Positions 24,430 through 26,536 of a stretch of 26,536 nt of DNA are shown here, in pieces (within the stretch, counting starts at the first letter, position 1; every line of letters starts with the position of its first letter). The notes under the pieces are model-generated. The model was not told the DNA's origin. It ran no database searches and was given only the letters and a program-made list of their open reading frames with translations. A program made the translations under genes and the position numbers. The DNA is from a virus (lineage: Duplodnaviria; Caudoviricetes): IMG/VR virus record IMGVR_UViG_3300011339_000753, positions 1 through 26,536 of that record. The stretch is one strand, 5' to 3'.

Positions 24430-24750
24430 CCACGGGCCACGGCCCAGGGATCGCGGACCAGGGCGCGCGGGCCTAACCTGGCCACGCATGCACCAGGCAG
24501 CGCGGACCAGGGCGCGCGGACCACGCACCAGGCGACGCGGTCCTGGGTGTTTGTAACCCAGGATCACAAACACGGGCGGCCAGGGATCACAAACACAAAC
24601 ACGGCCAGCGAAGCGCGGCCAGCTGCACCAGGCGCAGGCAGCGCGGACCGTGCACCAGGCAGCGCGGGCGGTGGCCACCAGGGCGCGGGCCGGGGCTCGC
24701 GGACCATGGCCACCAGGCCCAGGCGGTACGGTACGCGGACCACGGCCCAG
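24430..24750. repeat. Non-coding degenerate heptamer repeat array
   Basis: Units CCAGGGC/CCACGGC/CCAGGCA/GCGCGGA in 7-nt register; 19-nt direct repeat cgcggaccagggcgcgcgg at 24452 and 24501. Confidence 0.8.
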
Positions 24751-24857
24751 GCGTCGATCGGCAGGGGCCGGGGGCCTGGCTCGGCCGGTGGCCAGGCGGG
24801 CGGGTTTACCAGGCACAAACACCCGGGCCCCATGGGCGGCCGGTGCGATACCAGGCG

Positions 24858-24887
24858 AAAAAAAGCCCGCCACCAGGGCGGGCTCGG
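24858..24887 (-). terminator. Rho-independent terminator (copy 1)
   Basis: mRNA GCCCGCC-CUGGU-GGCGGGC-U7, 20 nt after the stop at 24908. Confidence 0.9.
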
Positions 24888-24907
24888 ATCAGGCAAAACG
24901 CGCCGGA

Positions 24908-25132
24908 TCAGGCAGGCATGCCGGCCAGCTCGGCCAGCTCGGCCAGGGCGTCGTCGGCCAGGTCCAGGGCGCGGCCCCGGTCGGCCACCACGTGCTCGGC
25001 CACGATACCCCGGCCCGGCCGGGTAACGGTCACCAGGTACGACGACCAGGCACGCGACCAGGCGACGCGCACCAGGCCCACGTCGGCCACGGCCACCAGC
25101 TGCACCAGCTGCAGGCGAGCGGCGGCGCTCAT
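24908..25132 (-). CDS. Hypothetical protein (74 aa)
   Basis: ATG 25132 overlaps upstream stop (ATGA): MSAAARLQLVQLVAVADVGLVRVAWSRAWSSYLVTV...; followed by terminator. Confidence 0.65.
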   Translation of the reverse strand: MSAAARLQLVQLVAVADVGLVRVAWSRAWSSYLVTVTRPGRGIVAEHVVADRGRALDLADDALAELAELAGMPA

Positions 25133-25650
25133 GCTGCGCACCTGGTAGCGGCCAGGGCGGCCCGGATCGCGGCCAGCTCGTGCTCGGGATAGTCCAGGGT
25201 CGCCAGGCGGCGGTCGCGCTCGGCGGCCAGGTCGGGCTCGTCCAGGCACCAGGGCGCGGCGTCGTATCCGTCCAGGGTAGAAAGTGGCTCAGGGTAAAAA
25301 CGGCCACCCAGGCACGCGGCCTGCGCGGCGGCGCGGATCGCTGCCAGGTGCGCGGCCGCTTCGCTCGCGTCCCAGGCGGTCCAGTCGCTGGCCTGGTAGT
25401 CGAGACAATCGCAGGCTTTCACAATGGCCACCGGTGCCAGGTCGACACCGGCCGAACGGTCCAGGCCACCGAACGGGGCGAGCTCGTCCTGGTAGCGGCC
25501 CTGGTAACGCTCGGCGAATGCGGCACGGTTTGCGCTGGCCAGCTCATGCGCGACGGCGTCGGGGCTCACGCCTGCAGGCAGCGCGCCGGCGCGGATCGCA
25601 TAAGCCACCAGGGCGGAAACGTGAAAATCAGGGACAACAAAACATGACAT
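25129..25650 (-). CDS. Conserved phage hypothetical protein (173 aa)
   Basis: MSCFVV...H..ALV, N......RY, KACDCLDYQ...W..S.A, GYDAAPW motifs; own promoter-like upstream region. Confidence 0.8.
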   Translation of the reverse strand: MSCFVVPDFHVSALVAYAIRAGALPAGVSPDAVAHELASANRAAFAERYQGRYQDELAPFGGLDRSAGVDLAPVAIVKACDCLDYQASDWTAWDASEAAAHLAAIRAAAQAACLGGRFYPEPLSTLDGYDAAPWCLDEPDLAAERDRRLATLDYPEHELAAIRAALAATRCAA

Positions 25651-25676
25651 AAAAATTTCTCGCTTTCTTAGGTTAT

Positions 25677-25739
25677 CCCGGCCACCGTGGCCGGGGCTTT
25701 TATTTTAGTCTAAAAAATCTAGTTTGTGCAACATGTCAA
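25677..25739 (-). promoter_or_regulatory. AT-rich early-type promoter with 5' hairpin
   Basis: TTGCAC-N18-TAAAAT (25731-25702), an extra TTGACA at 25739-25734, then perfect inverted repeat CCCGGCCAC-N-GTGGCCGGG (25677-25695). Confidence 0.6.
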
Positions 25740-25750
25740 CAAACACAAAC

Positions 25751-25779
25751 AAAAAAGCCCGCCACCAGGGCGGGCTCGG
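25751..25779 (-). terminator. Rho-independent terminator (copy 2, identical to copy 1 over 29 nt)
   Basis: aaaaaagcccgccaccagggcgggctcgg; 17 nt after the stop at 25797. Confidence 0.9.
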
Positions 25780-25796
25780 CGACCAGGGCGGCCGGG

Positions 25797-26006
25797 TTAA
25801 CGCATGCGGAATTCGTTCGCCAGGTCCTGGCCACCATGGCGGCCGATCCACCCGTGGCCGCTCAAACCGTACGGGCCGCGCTCGACCGTGATCTGGTTTT
25901 CGCCCCAGGTCAATTGCACCCAGGTTTCGCCGTCGTTCAGGGCTTTACGGATCGCAGCGCGCAGGGTCGGCCCGCTGGGTTTTTTGGTGTATTCAATCGA
26001 GCGCAT
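25797..26006 (-). CDS. Hypothetical protein (69 aa)
   Basis: Starts 2 nt after the DUF932 stop; followed by terminator; LTWGEN.I...G.GWIG..GG motif. Confidence 0.75.
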   Translation of the reverse strand: MRSIEYTKKPSGPTLRAAIRKALNDGETWVQLTWGENQITVERGPYGLSGHGWIGRHGGQDLANEFRMR

Positions 26007-26008
26007 GA

Positions 26009-26536
26009 TCAGGCCCCCACGGTGTCGACGGCGAGCAGCTCGGCGGCGCGGGCTTTCAATGCTGCACCGGTGCCAAACCAGGCGCTTTCCATGCGGGTAT
26101 TATTCGAGCGGCCGCGCTCGTGGTCGACCAGCTCGGTGACCGCGTTCAGCATGGCCCAGCGCGTGCCGGCCCCGCCGGCCAGGTCGGCCCCGATCGCCTG
26201 GCCGTTGAATAATGGCATGATGCGAACATAGGCGGGGGATTCATTCACGGGGCGGGCGCTCGTATGGTACGGGCGCAGCAGCTCGGCCACAAACGCGTCG
26301 GCCTGGTCCTGGTCCATGCTGGCCCCGGCCAGCTGGCGGGACTGAATCAAAAACCGATCCCAGGCGCTGGCCACAATGCCCAGCTGCAGGCGCACGGCCT
26401 CGGGGTCGAAGCGCTCGGAATGCAGCACGCGAACGGCGCTTTTTAAATAGCCCAGGTTTTGCTCGCTCTCGCCTTTGATCGCGCGGCCGTTACTGTACCC
26501 GCCGACGGCGGCCGTTATGGTGTTATTACAAACGAC
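26009..26536 (-). CDS. DUF932 family phage/plasmid protein, C-terminal part (5' end outside the window)
   Basis: Frame open to the edge: VVCNNT...VRVLH...GTRWAMLNAVTELVDH...R..SAWFG.GA.LK.RA, the DUF932/TIGR03299 signature. Confidence 0.85.
   Translation of the reverse strand, partial: VVCNNTITAAVGGYSNGRAIKGESEQNLGYLKSAVRVLHSERFDPEAVRLQLGIVASAWDRFLIQSRQLAGASMDQDQADAFVAELLRPYHTSARPVNESPAYVRIMPLFNGQAIGADLAGGAGTRWAMLNAVTELVDHERGRSNNTRMESAWFGTGAALKARAAELLAVDTVGA

Noticed and set aside
24430-24750. Possible CRISPR mini-array
   Set aside because: No constant 23-47-nt repeat with unique, equal-length spacers; no cas genes
24190-25307. Pro/Arg/Gly/Ala-rich ORFs across the spacer (24190-24387, 24244-25026, 24388-24873, 24564-25307, 24650-25192)
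   Set aside because: Arise from stop-poor GC-rich repeats with 7-nt periodicity; several cross a terminator; none resembles TerS
1-26536. tRNA, rRNA, integrase, transposase or alternative genetic code
   Set aside because: No cloverleaf or rRNA-like segments seen; intergenic gaps are short; genes are intact under the standard code

Overview
This window is a fragment of a tailed dsDNA bacteriophage genome with podovirus-like virion genes (P22-type portal, Mu gpT-like major capsid, adaptor and nozzle genes, no tape measure or sheath seen). All credible genes are on the minus strand. In transcription order (right to left): a GC-rich early/accessory region (DUF932 protein and small hypotheticals, bounded by two identical terminators); a ~650-bp non-coding spacer with a 7-bp-periodic repeat array and an exact chromosomal-type parS site just upstream of terL; terminase large subunit; a 1698-aa multidomain protein; portal; GroES-like co-chaperonin; scaffold; capsid genes; a group of small Lys/Met/Gly-rich proteins; head-tail adaptors; a mosaic tail fibre and accessory genes; holin and M15 endolysin; and the start of a tail nozzle gene. 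The most notable observations are the parS site with no parA/parB or terS gene in the window, a recurring [F/M/Y]-x-x-G-G tag between the modules of the giant protein and in small basic proteins, two pseudoknotted RNA leaders next to ribosome-binding sites, and a frameshifted, internally deleted gene after the capsid gene. Family names come from motif recognition, not from database searches.
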